The notes beneath the pieces were generated by a model. The model saw nothing but the letters and a program-made list of their open reading frames with translations, was not told the DNA's origin and made no database searches. Shown piece after piece: positions 26,901 to 37,315 of a DNA stretch of 64,000 nucleotides (within the stretch, counting starts at the first letter, position 1; every line of letters starts with the position of its first letter). The translations under genes and the position numbers were made by a program. Origin of the DNA: Octopus vulgaris (Eukaryota); NCBI GenBank assembly GCA_951406725.2, contig OX597822.1, positions 87,792,001 to 87,856,000 on the forward strand. The letters run 5' to 3'.

Positions 26901-29099
26901 CTACTTTGAATTCACCGCTCATTGTCAACCCTCATCTTGCTGACTACATTCCTATACATGGCTTGTACAACTCTCACCAACCACTCATCTATCCCTAGTT
27001 TCCACACTGATCACCAGATAAGGGATCGGGAGATCCTGTCAAAGGCTTTCTCCATATCAACAAAAGCCAAGTACTGCAGTTTATCTTTGGCTAGGTACCT
27101 CTCCTACACCTGCCTTACCAGAAATATAGCATCAGCGGTGCTTCTCCCTGGTACAAAACCAAACTGCATCTCATCTAGACTAATTCTCTCCCTAATTAGT
27201 TGGGCTATGAGCCTCTCTGTGACACACAGACATATATATATATATATAAAATCTTTTTAATTTGTTTACAAGAAACATTTTGAATATGCAAGCCACAGTC
27301 TGTACTGATATAATGTAGAATAAATATAGAAATAACAATAATCCTTGGATGGAATTTATAAACATTTAATGCATCACTATACGTGTTTCCACAAATCACA
27401 TGTTTGTGTGATCTTAAGACATGATTTGTGGAAACGCATGTAGCAATGTATCAAATGTTTATAAATTCCAGCCAAGGATTATTGTTATTATTACTACTTA
27501 TATATATATACAGTTAATCCAAACATGAAAACACAAAGAGAAAACACAACAACGCGAGAACGTGGAACAAATATAGTATTATTGGACGTTCAGGAAGGAA
27601 GCGGAGCTCTTCGCCAGAAACATAGGAAAAGGAAAGATCCAGAGAAGGGAAGACAGAGAAAAAAAAAAAATCGCCAACGGTACACACGTGGTCACATATA
27701 TATATATATATCGAAAGGTAGAGAGATTCCTTTTATCAAATCCACTCACATGGCATTGGTTGACCCCAAAGCTGCAGTAGAAAACACTTGCTCAAATTAG
27801 CATGCAGTGAGACTGAAACCAAGTTGTTGAGAAGCTAACTTCCCAACAACCATGCCTGTGCATATTGTTGTATGTGTGTATGCATGCATGCATACATACA
27901 AGTACACCACTGCTTTATTGTGCAACAGAATTTGATTATAAGTAGGCTAATAAAAATTTAGAATCAAATAATTCAAAGTGATGTGAAGCCAGTTGAAAAA
28001 CAGTGTTACTTTACTTTGAAAAAAAATAAGAGGGAAACGATGGAGACAGATAATCAGTATATGTTATATACATGTTCAGTATTTTGGGGACATACATCAT
28101 TAATGATGGTTGTTCTCATTTATGAAAACAGGAAGGAAAGATGAGGGTGGGTGGTAAACAAAGATTTTAGAAACGTTTTATTAATTCTCACCTGAGCCCG
28201 AAATTGTTCTAACCTGTTCTTTTCGTCTTCCTGCTTTTTCTTCAGCAAAGCATTTTGTTCTGTAGGAAAATAAACATTAGAATCAGTCATTTGAAGAATT
28301 CCTACATATTTCAAAATGCTTTCTTTTCATATTGCCTTTGTCTTCTGATAGCACATCCACACCAATCTCAGCTTGCTGTATAAGATATATCTTTTGAGGC
28401 TATATATTCATAGGAAATTTAATTATTGAGGAAAACCATACATGTGTGTGCGTGTATGTGTGTCGGGGTGATCATGATTGGAATACCTGTGATCAAAAGT
28501 CGGCTCGGACAGGGCTGTGATGGTAAACCTACGACAAGTGTCAACATTGACACGTGAGTTTTTAACTGAAACGCGATGGACTTTAAAAAAAAAAAATCTC
28601 CTTGCAATACCGTATAATAATAATAATCAAGAAAAGACAATCAATAAGCATATACCTACAACTGAAAATAAGTATGTCACTCCAATAGCTGAATTATTAA
28701 AGAAATCAGAATTTCGAAAAGCCGGGTTGAGAAGTTCACCACTAACAACAATACCTTACCAAGTATCGGAAGAGAAACTTTGGAATAAAAAAAAAAAAAA
28801 CAGTTGAAATCATTTCCTTTATTATATTACTTTTTTTTCCTGATTACTAAATACCATTTTTATCTTCCTGTAATATGTAAGACAGCGAAATTCTAGTCAC
28901 AATAGCGGGAAATTAAAAAAAAAAAAAATGTAAAGCTAAGGATGTAGATTGCTAAAGCACTGCCTACCAGTTTAATAATGCTGATGAAGTTATTATTGAT
29001 TAAAGCATACGTATTTGTATATTTAAATTCAGTACGAATGTACAATGTCTTCAGACAAGAGGATTAAAAAGAGAAACACGCAGTTTGCAAGCGTGTATA

Positions 29100-29146
<47 letters not shown>

Positions 29147-29359
29147 ATAAAACGGTAAGATAACAAAAGAAAGAAAGAGACCTCAATATTATGTAAATAG
29201 AGGAAATTTATCTATACAATATGTTACATTACTCGGTAGTCAAGATAAAACTCTGAGTTTCAGATGCCGAAGTGGAAATACCGAAGAGATGGTGTTGTGG
29301 ATTTCCACTTCGGCATCTGAAACTCAGAGTTTTATCTTGACTACCGAGTAATGTAACAT

Positions 29360-29391
<32 letters not shown>

Positions 29392-29561
29392 CGACATGTT
29401 CGGATTTTTATAAATGCTTTCCAAACCATACAATTTATTTTCTGCACAGCAGATGTATTTTTACATGATGGTGATTACTGAGAAAAGTCTGGTGGCTGGA
29501 AAGCATTTAAAACGATCCCATGTTTCAACTACTGAATCTCCAAATACGATTATTTACGTTT

Positions 29562-29637
<76 letters not shown>

Positions 29638-29957
29638 TGTGTGTGCGTGAAATTTTACATAATCGAAGTTATTGACTCCATATTTTATCAAAACTTGAAT
29701 ATAGGTGAAGCGTTTAGTGTTTTGATAAATATATGTACATTTACACATATATACCATGCATGTTTTATATAAATATACATATTACTATTTATCATACACC
29801 CACACACTAGATAAGAACTATATAATTATACATATAACTATACAGTAAACACGCCAGCATATATACATCAACACTATACTGTATAAATTTATTTTGTCTG
29901 GGAAGGAAGTAGGAGACAAATTAGCATTATAAATGTCAATGATCTAACTATAGTAAG

Positions 29958-30011
<54 letters not shown>

Positions 30012-30183
30012 ACATTAGATGAATTCGTGCAAATTTTTCTAACAATGTGTGGGTTATACAATTATAAACAGTAATTTTAATTCCCTTCTTAAACGGATAC
30101 TAACCTTTAACTCTTTTTTTAGCTTCATCTCCTATAGATGGCGGTGGTTCCATGGAACCAAGTATTGAACCTAACAAATCCAT
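11837..30183 (-). CDS. SPAG7: Sperm-associated antigen 7 homolog (R3H domain), 7 coding exons: join(30183-30105, 28259-28192, 18463-18375, 17718-17634, 15085-14996, 13802-13649, 11982-11837); 711 nt, 236 aa
   Basis: Manual splicing gives an uninterrupted frame: [142 protein letters not shown]...[56 protein letters not shown]...AQP*. This is collinear with human SPAG7 as I recall it (MADLLGSILSSMEKPP...[15 protein letters not shown]...YRRGEEWDP...NKRDTRSIE). All introns are GT-AG; phases 1,0,2,0,0,1. Confidence 0.96.
13649..13802 (-). CDS. SPAG7: SPAG7 coding exon 6 (EAELQLEAE...[29 protein letters not shown])
   Basis: Acceptor ctgtttcag, donor G|GTGAGT; 154 nt. Confidence 0.95.
13930..14850 (+). 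repeat. Head-to-tail array of about 5-6 diverged SINE-B copies in SPAG7 intron 5
   Basis: Recurring GGCAGAATCATTAGC...TTCTGAGTTCAAAT...GTCAACTTTGC...AAAGTACCAG units. Confidence 0.75.
14996..15085 (-). CDS. SPAG7: SPAG7 coding exon 5 ([30 protein letters not shown])
   Basis: Acceptor aaatctag, donor AAG|GTCAGC; 90 nt. Confidence 0.95.
15528..15915 (+). mobile_element. tRNA-derived SINE family A, full copy with an internal (TA/TG)n linker
   Basis: A-box-like GTGGCTGTGTGG, B-box-like GGTTCAGTCCC and tail GAAACAAGTAAA. Other copies at 3525-3858(-), 21595-21820(-), 23765-25349 (split), 30490-30800, 40020-40830 (split), 44545-44655(-), 47190-47390. Confidence 0.85.
15920..17460 (-). mobile_element. 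Old CR1/Jockey-like LINE RT remnant split by a MITE
   Basis: VNSGMFQGFV (SGVPQGSV-like), SPTLL, HSYTDNGTLH (YADD.TL-like); a GF...ST.DL-like segment straddles the MITE insertion. Confidence 0.6.
16725..17219. mobile_element. Tc2/pogo-like MITE (495 bp)
   Basis: TA TSDs; TIRs CCGTAAATCTTCAAGTATAAT / CTGTAAATTCTCGAGTATAAT. Confidence 0.8.
17634..17718 (-). CDS. SPAG7: SPAG7 coding exon 4 ([28 protein letters not shown])
   Basis: Acceptor tgtattgcag, donor AAG|GTAACA; 85 nt; completes the RxxxH motif (RAIIH). Confidence 0.95.
18375..18463 (-). CDS. SPAG7: SPAG7 coding exon 3 ([30 protein letters not shown])
   Basis: Acceptor tttttacag, donor AT|GTATGT; 89 nt; start of the R3H domain. Confidence 0.92.
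18565..18822. repeat. 27-bp minisatellite (ATCATAGCTACATTAATATTATACAAT), ~9 units
   Basis: Seen as the 9-aa periodicity (ILYNINVAI) in track ORF 18483..18746; resumes at ~19146-19195. Confidence 0.9.
18823..19145 (+). mobile_element. Non-autonomous Helentron/DINE-like element inserted in the minisatellite
   Basis: Starts ACTAGCA..GACCCAGCAACGC, has (CA)n near the 3' end and ends TTTATATATATAGA; same architecture at 42835-43193. Confidence 0.5.
19205..19490 (+). mobile_element. tRNA-derived SINE (third family)
   Basis: A box TGGCTTAGTGG and B box GAGTTTGATTCC, followed by a CTTGAG..CACTTTATTTC core. Confidence 0.65.
20560..20980 (-). mobile_element. Old RTE-like LINE 3' remnant
   Basis: YGCTIWT..KCLGKNIDGT*TRML*AALDI resembles the RTE C-terminal region. 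Confidence 0.5.
23885..25131 (-). mobile_element. Full-length degenerate mariner (Tc1/mariner) transposon, 1247 bp
   Basis: ~30-bp TIRs TTGGGTCATCCCATAAATAATGTGGTTTTT / TTGGGTTATTCCATAAATAATGCAGTTTTT and TA TSDs. Transposase pseudogene 24947->23960: MEVTKQHIQHILLY*...FQKFYAGNYSLED...GQWVLHK (WVPHE-like)...FLDRILTSDKNWILYKN...GEYILD*. Confidence 0.93.
25350..27205 (-). mobile_element. 5'-truncated RTE-clade LINE with 3' UTR and (GAT)n tail
   Basis: EMQFGFVPGRSTADAIFLVRQ..LAFVDMEKAFDR..., LEVVDCFHYL..RIRIGWAKFRELLPLL..KGRLYDAC, ERQLHWYGHV..VEGTCGRSR. Confidence 0.9.
27331..27489. repeat. Imperfect ~68-bp inverted repeat in SPAG7 intron 2
   Basis: AATAACAATAATCCTTGG...TTTCCACAAATCA versus TGATTTGTGGAAA...CCAAGGATTATTGTTATT. 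Confidence 0.9.
28192..28259 (-). CDS. SPAG7: SPAG7 coding exon 2 ([23 protein letters not shown])
   Basis: Acceptor ttttcctacag, donor CAG|GTGAGA; 68 nt; lies inside track ORF 28120..28314. Confidence 0.92.
29213..29367. repeat. Perfect 67-bp inverted repeat with a 21-nt spacer in SPAG7 intron 1
   Basis: 29213-29279 is the exact reverse complement of 29301-29367. Confidence 0.95.
30105..30183 (-). CDS. SPAG7: SPAG7 coding exon 1 ([26 protein letters not shown])
   Basis: ATG at 30183-30181; donor G|GTTAGT; 79 nt. Confidence 0.94.
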
Positions 30184-31605
30184 TTTAAGTAGTCGTTTTT
30201 TTAAAAAAGAAACAAAATATGTAGCAAGTGATGTGAGGTTACTTAGAAATGGAAGCTCCTTGGAAGATTTTAGCGGTCAACAAAGAAAAGCATGTCCGAC
30301 TGCACCGTAAATAGGAGTGTATTTCAGAGTTATCCCCCCTACAAGCTTATCTCTACGTAGCTGTGGTTCCTCATCTAATCTCTTTGTTTTTATTCCGATT
30401 ATTTCACTTCCAGTTAAATAAAGAATAAAATTTAATTTCTAGATAAACTTTTCTAATTGCTTCCCAACTATATTTTTCCAATACAGTCAGCTCTGAGCTG
30501 ACCAAAGCCTTGTGGGTAAATCTGGTAAACTGAAAATGAAAGAAAACCCGTAACACATATGTATGTATGTATATATGTATGTATGTATGCGCGCGCGTGT
30601 TTGTGTTTTTATTCCACTTCCGCTTGACTACCAGTGTTGGTTTGTTTACGTCTCCGTAACTTAGTGAAAAGCGACCGATCCAATAAGTACCAAACTTAAA
30701 ATGAAAATAAGTACTGGAGTCGATTTGTTCGACTAAACCCTTCAAAGTGGTGCCTTAGCATGGCCGCGGTTCAAAGACTGAAACAAGTAAAATATAAAAG
30801 TAAGACAAAGCAGAAACGTTAGCAACAAATTAAGAAAGTACTAAATTTCATTTATGAAAATGATTGCCTCCCTTGTTGCCACTCTTTGTCGTCATTCTCC
30901 CACTGCGGAGTTCCTCCTGCATTTAATTGGGTTTACTCTCGTCGTCTGCACAAAGTGAAAGTAGTCAGTCCCTTACCTTATAATCTCCAAGGTGAGTGGT
31001 GAATTATTTGTTTGTTCGCAACACTTGTTTAATATAATCCTTATTTTAGTTTTCATCAAAATAGCTTTTGTTCTGAATATCATTTCCTTTGGATACAAAT
31101 ACTAAAATGGAATTGATTTATTCATGGTCACGATCGGATTAGAACAACTTTATGCTTTAAATACGGCCTTGGTATCCTCTCGACCCCCTTACTGATTGAT
31201 ATTAACTTGTATGTATTGGGTGTGAAATGTGTAATAATCCTTTGACCAAACTCTACAGTTATATTAAGTATGAATTGGTTTCGAATGTTATTTGACATTG
31301 AACGCCAATAAGAAATATATTTTACTATATTTAAATTGTTTGCTTTTAATTAAGGCAACAAGAGAAATACAGATTTAAAACATTTTATTTATTTATTTAA
31401 AAAAAAACTGTCGATTGGGGAAATATACGAAACATTATTGAAATTGATATTGGTGATCAATTAAAAAAAAAGGAATAAAATCATGTCGTTAGATTATTGA
31501 TAATTTATGTATTTCGAATTTTCCAGGTGTTTTATGGTGATCTGTGATATTATTGATTTTTATTTTCATAATATCAGTATGAACTACATATTACAGCACC
31601 TAATA

Positions 31606-31664
<59 letters not shown>

Positions 31665-33028
31665 CATGCCTTAAGTCGGTAATTCATTCTAAGACATACG
31701 ACTTAACCCGTAAAATGACGTAACACGAAAAAACAAAGAGAATATTATTTGTATTTCTTAAAAGAAATGAAGTTGAGAAAGACGTAACGCGAAACGACGT
31801 AAGCTGAATGAATGTTTGTGTGTGTGTGTGTGTGTGTGTGCGTATGTCTGTGTATACACACATATACATACATACATACATACATACATACGTACGTACG
31901 TACATACATTACTCCATATATGCACACACCCACCCACGCACGCGCACACACACACCCACGCACGCGCACACACACACCCACGCACGCGCACACACACACC
32001 CACGCACGCGCACACACACACACATATACTGGCAATGATTGACGTACATCTGGTTACTGAGTCACGGATGTACCTTTGAATGCACCTTTGAGTTGGCTTT
32101 GTTTGTTATTACTAGATTCCAGTTCTAATGTATTCCCCTGTATCGTTAATTTCTTCAATATTATCATCATATTGATAGTAATAATTTATTAGTGTTGTCG
32201 TTATTAATACTCTTGCATGAATGAATGTATGTTCGTGAATGCGCGGGCCGGCATGCTTGTAGAGGTATCTTTCAGCTGTACTATGAGGAACTCGGCATTA
32301 AGAGCAAAAAAGAGAAAACTGTAGTGTCTTCTTTTCTTGTGACGCAAGAATGAACTTGCTTTGTTTTTTTTTTTAGTTAATCTAATTCTCAACATAATTA
32401 ACAATTTAAATATCATTTCATAGAATAGAATACCTGGATATAACATAGTGTTTAATATATACTAAAATGCTTTGCGGCATTCTGCCTGTCTCTGTGTTCA
32501 GAGCTCAAATTCCGCCGAGATCGATTTTGTCTTTCATGCTTTCGTGGTCGATAAAATAAGTACAAGTTGAGCACTGGGGTTGATGTAATCGACTTTCCCT
32601 CTCACCTGACCTTGTTGGTCATGTACAAAAATTTGTGCAAGACGCTTAGCGACGTTTCCTCTATCTCTACGTTCTGAGTTCAAATTCGATAAAGTAAGTA
32701 CCACCCAGTTGAGCACTGGGGGTCAATTTAATCGACTTGTCTCCACCCCAAAGCTGCTAACCTTGTGTGCCAAAACTTGAAACCAGTAAAGGTCTATACT
32801 GACATTGTAAACATCGTTTCAAGGGTAGAATACCTGGGCGTAACATGGATGTTTAAAATACCTTTTATCTTTTACGTGTTTCAGTCATTGGACTGTGGCC
32901 ATGCTAGGGCCCTACCTTGAAATACTTATATTTATTTTAAGTTCGGTATTGAAAATAATAATAAGTCTATTGGTTTCTTTTTACTGAACCGCTAAATTTC
33001 AGGGATGTAAACAATCCAAGACGACGAC

Positions 33029-33069
<41 letters not shown>

Positions 33070-33304
33070 CGACGACGACGATGATGATAATTTCAAATTT
33101 TGGCACAGCTGGTACTTAATTTATCGATTCCGAAGGGATGAAAGACAAAGTCGAGCTCGGAGGAATTTGATAACATGGGAGATATGTGCTAAGCATTTTG
33201 TCTGGCGTGTTAATGATTCTGCCAGCTCGCCACTTAAATAATGATGATGATGATGATGGTGATGGTGGTGGTGGTGGTGGTGGTGGTGGTGGTGATGATG
33301 ATGA

Positions 33305-33956
33305 ATGCCCTGGTACAATACCAGGCACTGGCTTTCATGGCTTCTGATCTTAACTGATTGGAAGTGTTAACAAGTACATGCTTTGTTTTGGTATAAAAGA
33401 TGGATTATAGCAAATATTCTTCTCAATACCACAGATTTGCTTGTCAGTTGTTTGACCTTAACCAATTGAGCATATCCCTTAGTGGCTGACGATATGTGCA
33501 TCTCTGAAGTAGTGGGGGAGCATCATAGCCATGTGTTGAGAAGAATTCTTTGGGGTTTGAATAATTCACCTCTGGAAACATGAATGTTTCGTTTAACATC
33601 CTTAAACAACCCTTATTCAGGGACCTTTTGAGCGGTATGGGTTACTCAATCTGAAGAAAATTCTCACTGAGCCCCACATGCAACATCATGCGCTGTTGAT
33701 TTTGATATGAAATCACTGTGTCGTGCACATATGGTTGTGGTGCTGTGCTTGTGCACCCTTATCAGACAAGGAGTTATGATGGTTATATTGGGCTTCGTAT
33801 ATTTGTATCCCAGTGTTACTTTGATGGCATGCTCTGCACTCTCACTCAGTAATAATAATAATGTACCCTTATCAGACGGGTAGTCATGATGGGTATACTG
33901 GGCTTCGTATATTTTATCCCAGTGTCACTGTGATGGCATGCTCTGCTCTCTCACTC

Positions 33957-33958
<2 letters not shown>
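33305..33958 (+). repeat. ~545-bp unclassified interspersed repeat (family D) with a duplicated 3' end
   Basis: Inverted homolog at 35984-36540; both end in (AAT)n; the last ~95 bp are duplicated at 33862-33958. Confidence 0.8.
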
Positions 33959-34004
<46 letters not shown>

Positions 34005-34270
34005 GTGTTAGTATTATTATCTAATGGTATGCACAAATGTACTACATTTAGAATCAGTGTCCTTGATATCAAGTCACAACTAATTTCTGTTTCTGTTCCT
34101 TATAGAACAAATTTCTGTATTAATGAAATTCTTGCAGCTACTCTGATCTCAAAAAGGAACCCACCAAGTCTGTTGGTAATGGTACCAATGGCACCAATAA
34201 CAGAAATCCTCCACAGTCTTTGTATTTCCCTTACTAAGTCTTTGTGTTTTCCTATTTTTTCCCTATCTTT
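34005..34270 (-). mobile_element. 3' fragment of an R4/Dong-like RLE non-LTR retrotransposon next to (TAA)n
   Basis: EKIGKHKDLVREIQRLW..VIGAIGTI...LIQKFVL*GT resembles the K..KY.DL..E....W..IGALG RLE C-terminus. Confidence 0.65.
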
Positions 34271-34507
34271 GTTGTTGTTGTTGTTGTTGTTAAGGCGGTG
34301 AGCTGGCAGAATTGTTAGTATGGTAGGTGAAATGCTTAGCAGTATTTTGTCTACTGCTACGTTCTGGGTTCAAATTCTGCTGAGGTTGACTTTGCTTTTC
34401 ATCCTTTCAGGGTTGATAAATTAAGTACCAGTCAAATACTGGGGTCGATGTGATCAACTATTCTCCCTCCCCACCAGATGTCAGACCTTGTGCCTGTAGA
34501 AGAAAGG

Positions 34508-34554
<47 letters not shown>

Positions 34555-35444
34555 GGTGGTGAGCTGGCAGAATCGTTAGCACGCCAGGCAAAATGCTTTT
34601 GTCCGCCTTTATGTTCTGAGTTCAAATTTTATCAAGTTTGACTTTGCTTTTATCTTTTCAGGGTTGATAAAATAAGCACCAGTTGAGCACTAGGTTTTAT
34701 GTAATTGACTTACCCACCTATCCTAAACTTGCTGGCCTTGTGCCAAAATTTGAAAATCAAAATCAAAATCAAAATCAAAAATCAAAATTGATCAACATGA
34801 ATGGAAATTGTAGCTGTGATGCCAGTGGCACATAAGAGAACCATCCGAACGTGGCTGTTGCCAGCCCCGACCCGACTGGCTTCCGTGCCGGTGGCACGTA
34901 AAAATCACCATCCGATCGTGGCCGTTGCCAGCCTCGCCTGGCCTCCGTGCCGGTGACACGTAAAAGGCACCATCTGATCGTGGCCGTTTGCCAGCCTCAT
35001 CTGGCACCTGTGCCGGTAGCATGTAAAAAGCACCCACTACACTCATGGAGTGGTTGGTGTTAGGAAGGGCATCCAGCCGTAGAAACATTGCCAGATCAGA
35101 CTGGGCCTGGTGCAGCCTTCTGGCTTCCCAGACCCCAGTTGCACCGTCCAACCCATGCCAGCATGGAAAGCGGATGCTAAACGACGATGATGATGATGAT
35201 GATTGTTATCATTATTTAGGCAGCGAGCCACAGAATCATTAGTCCCCAGAGAAAATTCTAAGTGGCTTTTCTTCTGGCCCTTTATATTCTGAGTTTAAAT
35301 TCCAGGTCAATGTTGGCTTTCCTCCTTTTGAGGCTGATAAAATATGTGTCAGTTGAGTACTGGGCTCGATGTAAAAGCCCCCTCCCACAAAATTCCAAGC
35401 CTTGTGCCTATAGAAGAAATTATTATTATTATTATTATTATTAT

Positions 35445-35914
35445 TATTTACATTATTTACATTTGACGGATATTTGTCCTCATCTTATTTGTGGTTAACA
35501 CCTTTTGGCTGATATACCCTCCAGCCCTTCATCAGGTGTCTTGGGGAAATTTCGAACCTGGGCTCTCATTCCTTAGGTATTTTTCGATGTTAGGTCACTG
35601 CATGGAATCGAACTCGGAATCTTGGGGTTAGTAGCCCATGGGCATATGGTGTAGTGGTTAAGAGTGCAGGCTACTAACCCCAAGATTCCGAGTTTAATTC
35701 CAGGCAGTGACCTGAATAATAATAAGAACAACAACAACAATATCATCAAAAAATACCTTAGGAGTGAGAACCCAGGTCTGAAATTTCCCTAAGATACCTG
35801 ATGAAGGCTGGAGGGTATATCAGCTGAAACGTTGTGATAACAAACAAGATGAGGACAAATATCCTTCAATTGTAAATAACGTACATAATTCCTCATCTCT
35901 TAAATATAGAACTG

Positions 35915-35915
<1 letters not shown>
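35445..35915. mobile_element. Head-to-head inverted pair of a tRNA-headed SINE bearing a hammerhead-like motif
   Basis: Plus copy ~35640-35915 has A box TGGTGTAGTGG and B box GAGTTTAATTCC; minus copy ~35636->35445 has B box GAGTTCGATTCC; flanked by (ATT)n. Confidence 0.85.
35793..35838 (+). ncRNA. Minimal type I hammerhead ribozyme-like motif (Penelope-type)
   Basis: gatac-CTGATGA-a-GGCTG-gagggtatat-CAGCT-GAA-ACGT-T-gtgat; the inverted copy supplies the intact stem I (GACAC/GTGTT) and stem II (GGCTG/CAGCC). Confidence 0.65.
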
Positions 35916-35983
<68 letters not shown>

Positions 35984-35984
<1 letters not shown>

Positions 35985-36540
35985 GAGTTAGAGAGCAGTG
36001 CATGCCATCAAAGTGACACTGGGGTAAAATATATGAAGCCCAGTATACCCATCATGACTACCTGTCTGATAAGGGTACACTAGGCACATGCATCACAACC
36101 ATATGTGCGCGACATGGTGATCTCATATCAAGATAAACAGCACATGACCTTGCAGGTGGGGCCCAGTTAGAATTTTCTTCTAGTCGAGTAACGCATCCTG
36201 CTCAAAAGGTCCCTGAATAAGGGTTGTTTAAGGATGTTGAATGAAACACCTATGTTTCCAGAGGTGAATTATTCAAACCCCAAAGAATCCCTCTCAACAC
36301 ATGGCTATGATGCTCCCCCACTACTTCTGATCATGATCAGAGATGCACATATCATCAGCCACGAAGGGACATGCTCAACTGGTTAAGGTCAAACAACTGA
36401 CAAGCAAATCTGTGGTATTGAGCAGAATATTTGCTGTAGCCCATCTTTTATATCAAGACAAAAAAATGTACAGGATAACACTTCCAATCAGTTAAGATCA
36501 GAAGCCATGAGAGCCACTGCCTGGTACTGCATCAGGGCAC
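35984..36540 (-). repeat. Second copy of repeat family D
   Basis: Reverse complement of 33305-33850, embedded in (ATT)n on both sides. Confidence 0.8.
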
Positions 36541-36571
<31 letters not shown>

Positions 36572-36957
36572 TAGCATGCTGGGCAAAATGCTTAGCAGCA
36601 TTTCATCCATCTTTACATTCCCAACTCTCTTCACCCTCCACATCTCTCTCCTCCCACCCACATCTCCTCCCCTGCCCCCTTACATAATCACATGGAAGTC
36701 ATACAAACAGGCTAAGTAACAGAGAATTAGTGCAAAATTATTATAAGATGGCAATGGATTGGTTCAGTTGTCAGACTGAATGCCTTGTGGTAATTTTTCT
36801 AGCTCTTTACATCCTAAGTTCAAATCTTACTGCAGTCAACTTTGCATTTCATTCCTCTGGAGTTGATAAAATAAAGTAATAGAGTCAATTAAATTGACTA
36901 ACTCCTTTCTTTAAAATTTTTAACCTTGTACCTACACTAGAAATTATTATGTTTATT

Positions 36958-37315
36958 ATTACCATCTCCGTCTTGGCGAAGGTGGAGGTATTGTTTTCAG
37001 TCATGTTTGTTTGTCCATAGACGAGATATCTCAAGAACCATTGGATGGATTCGGATGAAACTTTTAGGAATGTCTAGTCCCGTGACTGGCACAAACTGAT
37101 AAGATTTTGGGATTGATCCAGTACCAGACAAGGATTCTGGATTATTTTTCCTGTTTTTTACTGAATTTTTGAGAGCGGTCGGATTCATTTTTAGTATTCT
37201 CATTTGTGAGAGAAGTTGAGTTTATTTCAGATATTCTCATTTTAAAAATTATCTCTGGCTAATCATTGAGAGGATGTTGGTGTTGCCTTGGTGGAGGTTT
37301 GCACTCTTTGTGTGC

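Noticed and set aside
33116-33328. Poly-His / poly-Pro ORFs
   Set aside because: (GAT)n/(GGT)n microsatellite fused to a SINE; no splice or homology support
35640-35712. tRNA gene candidate
   Set aside because: A/B boxes present, but the acceptor stem does not close and it continues into a repeat body; treated as a SINE head. The same applies to 15528 and 19205.
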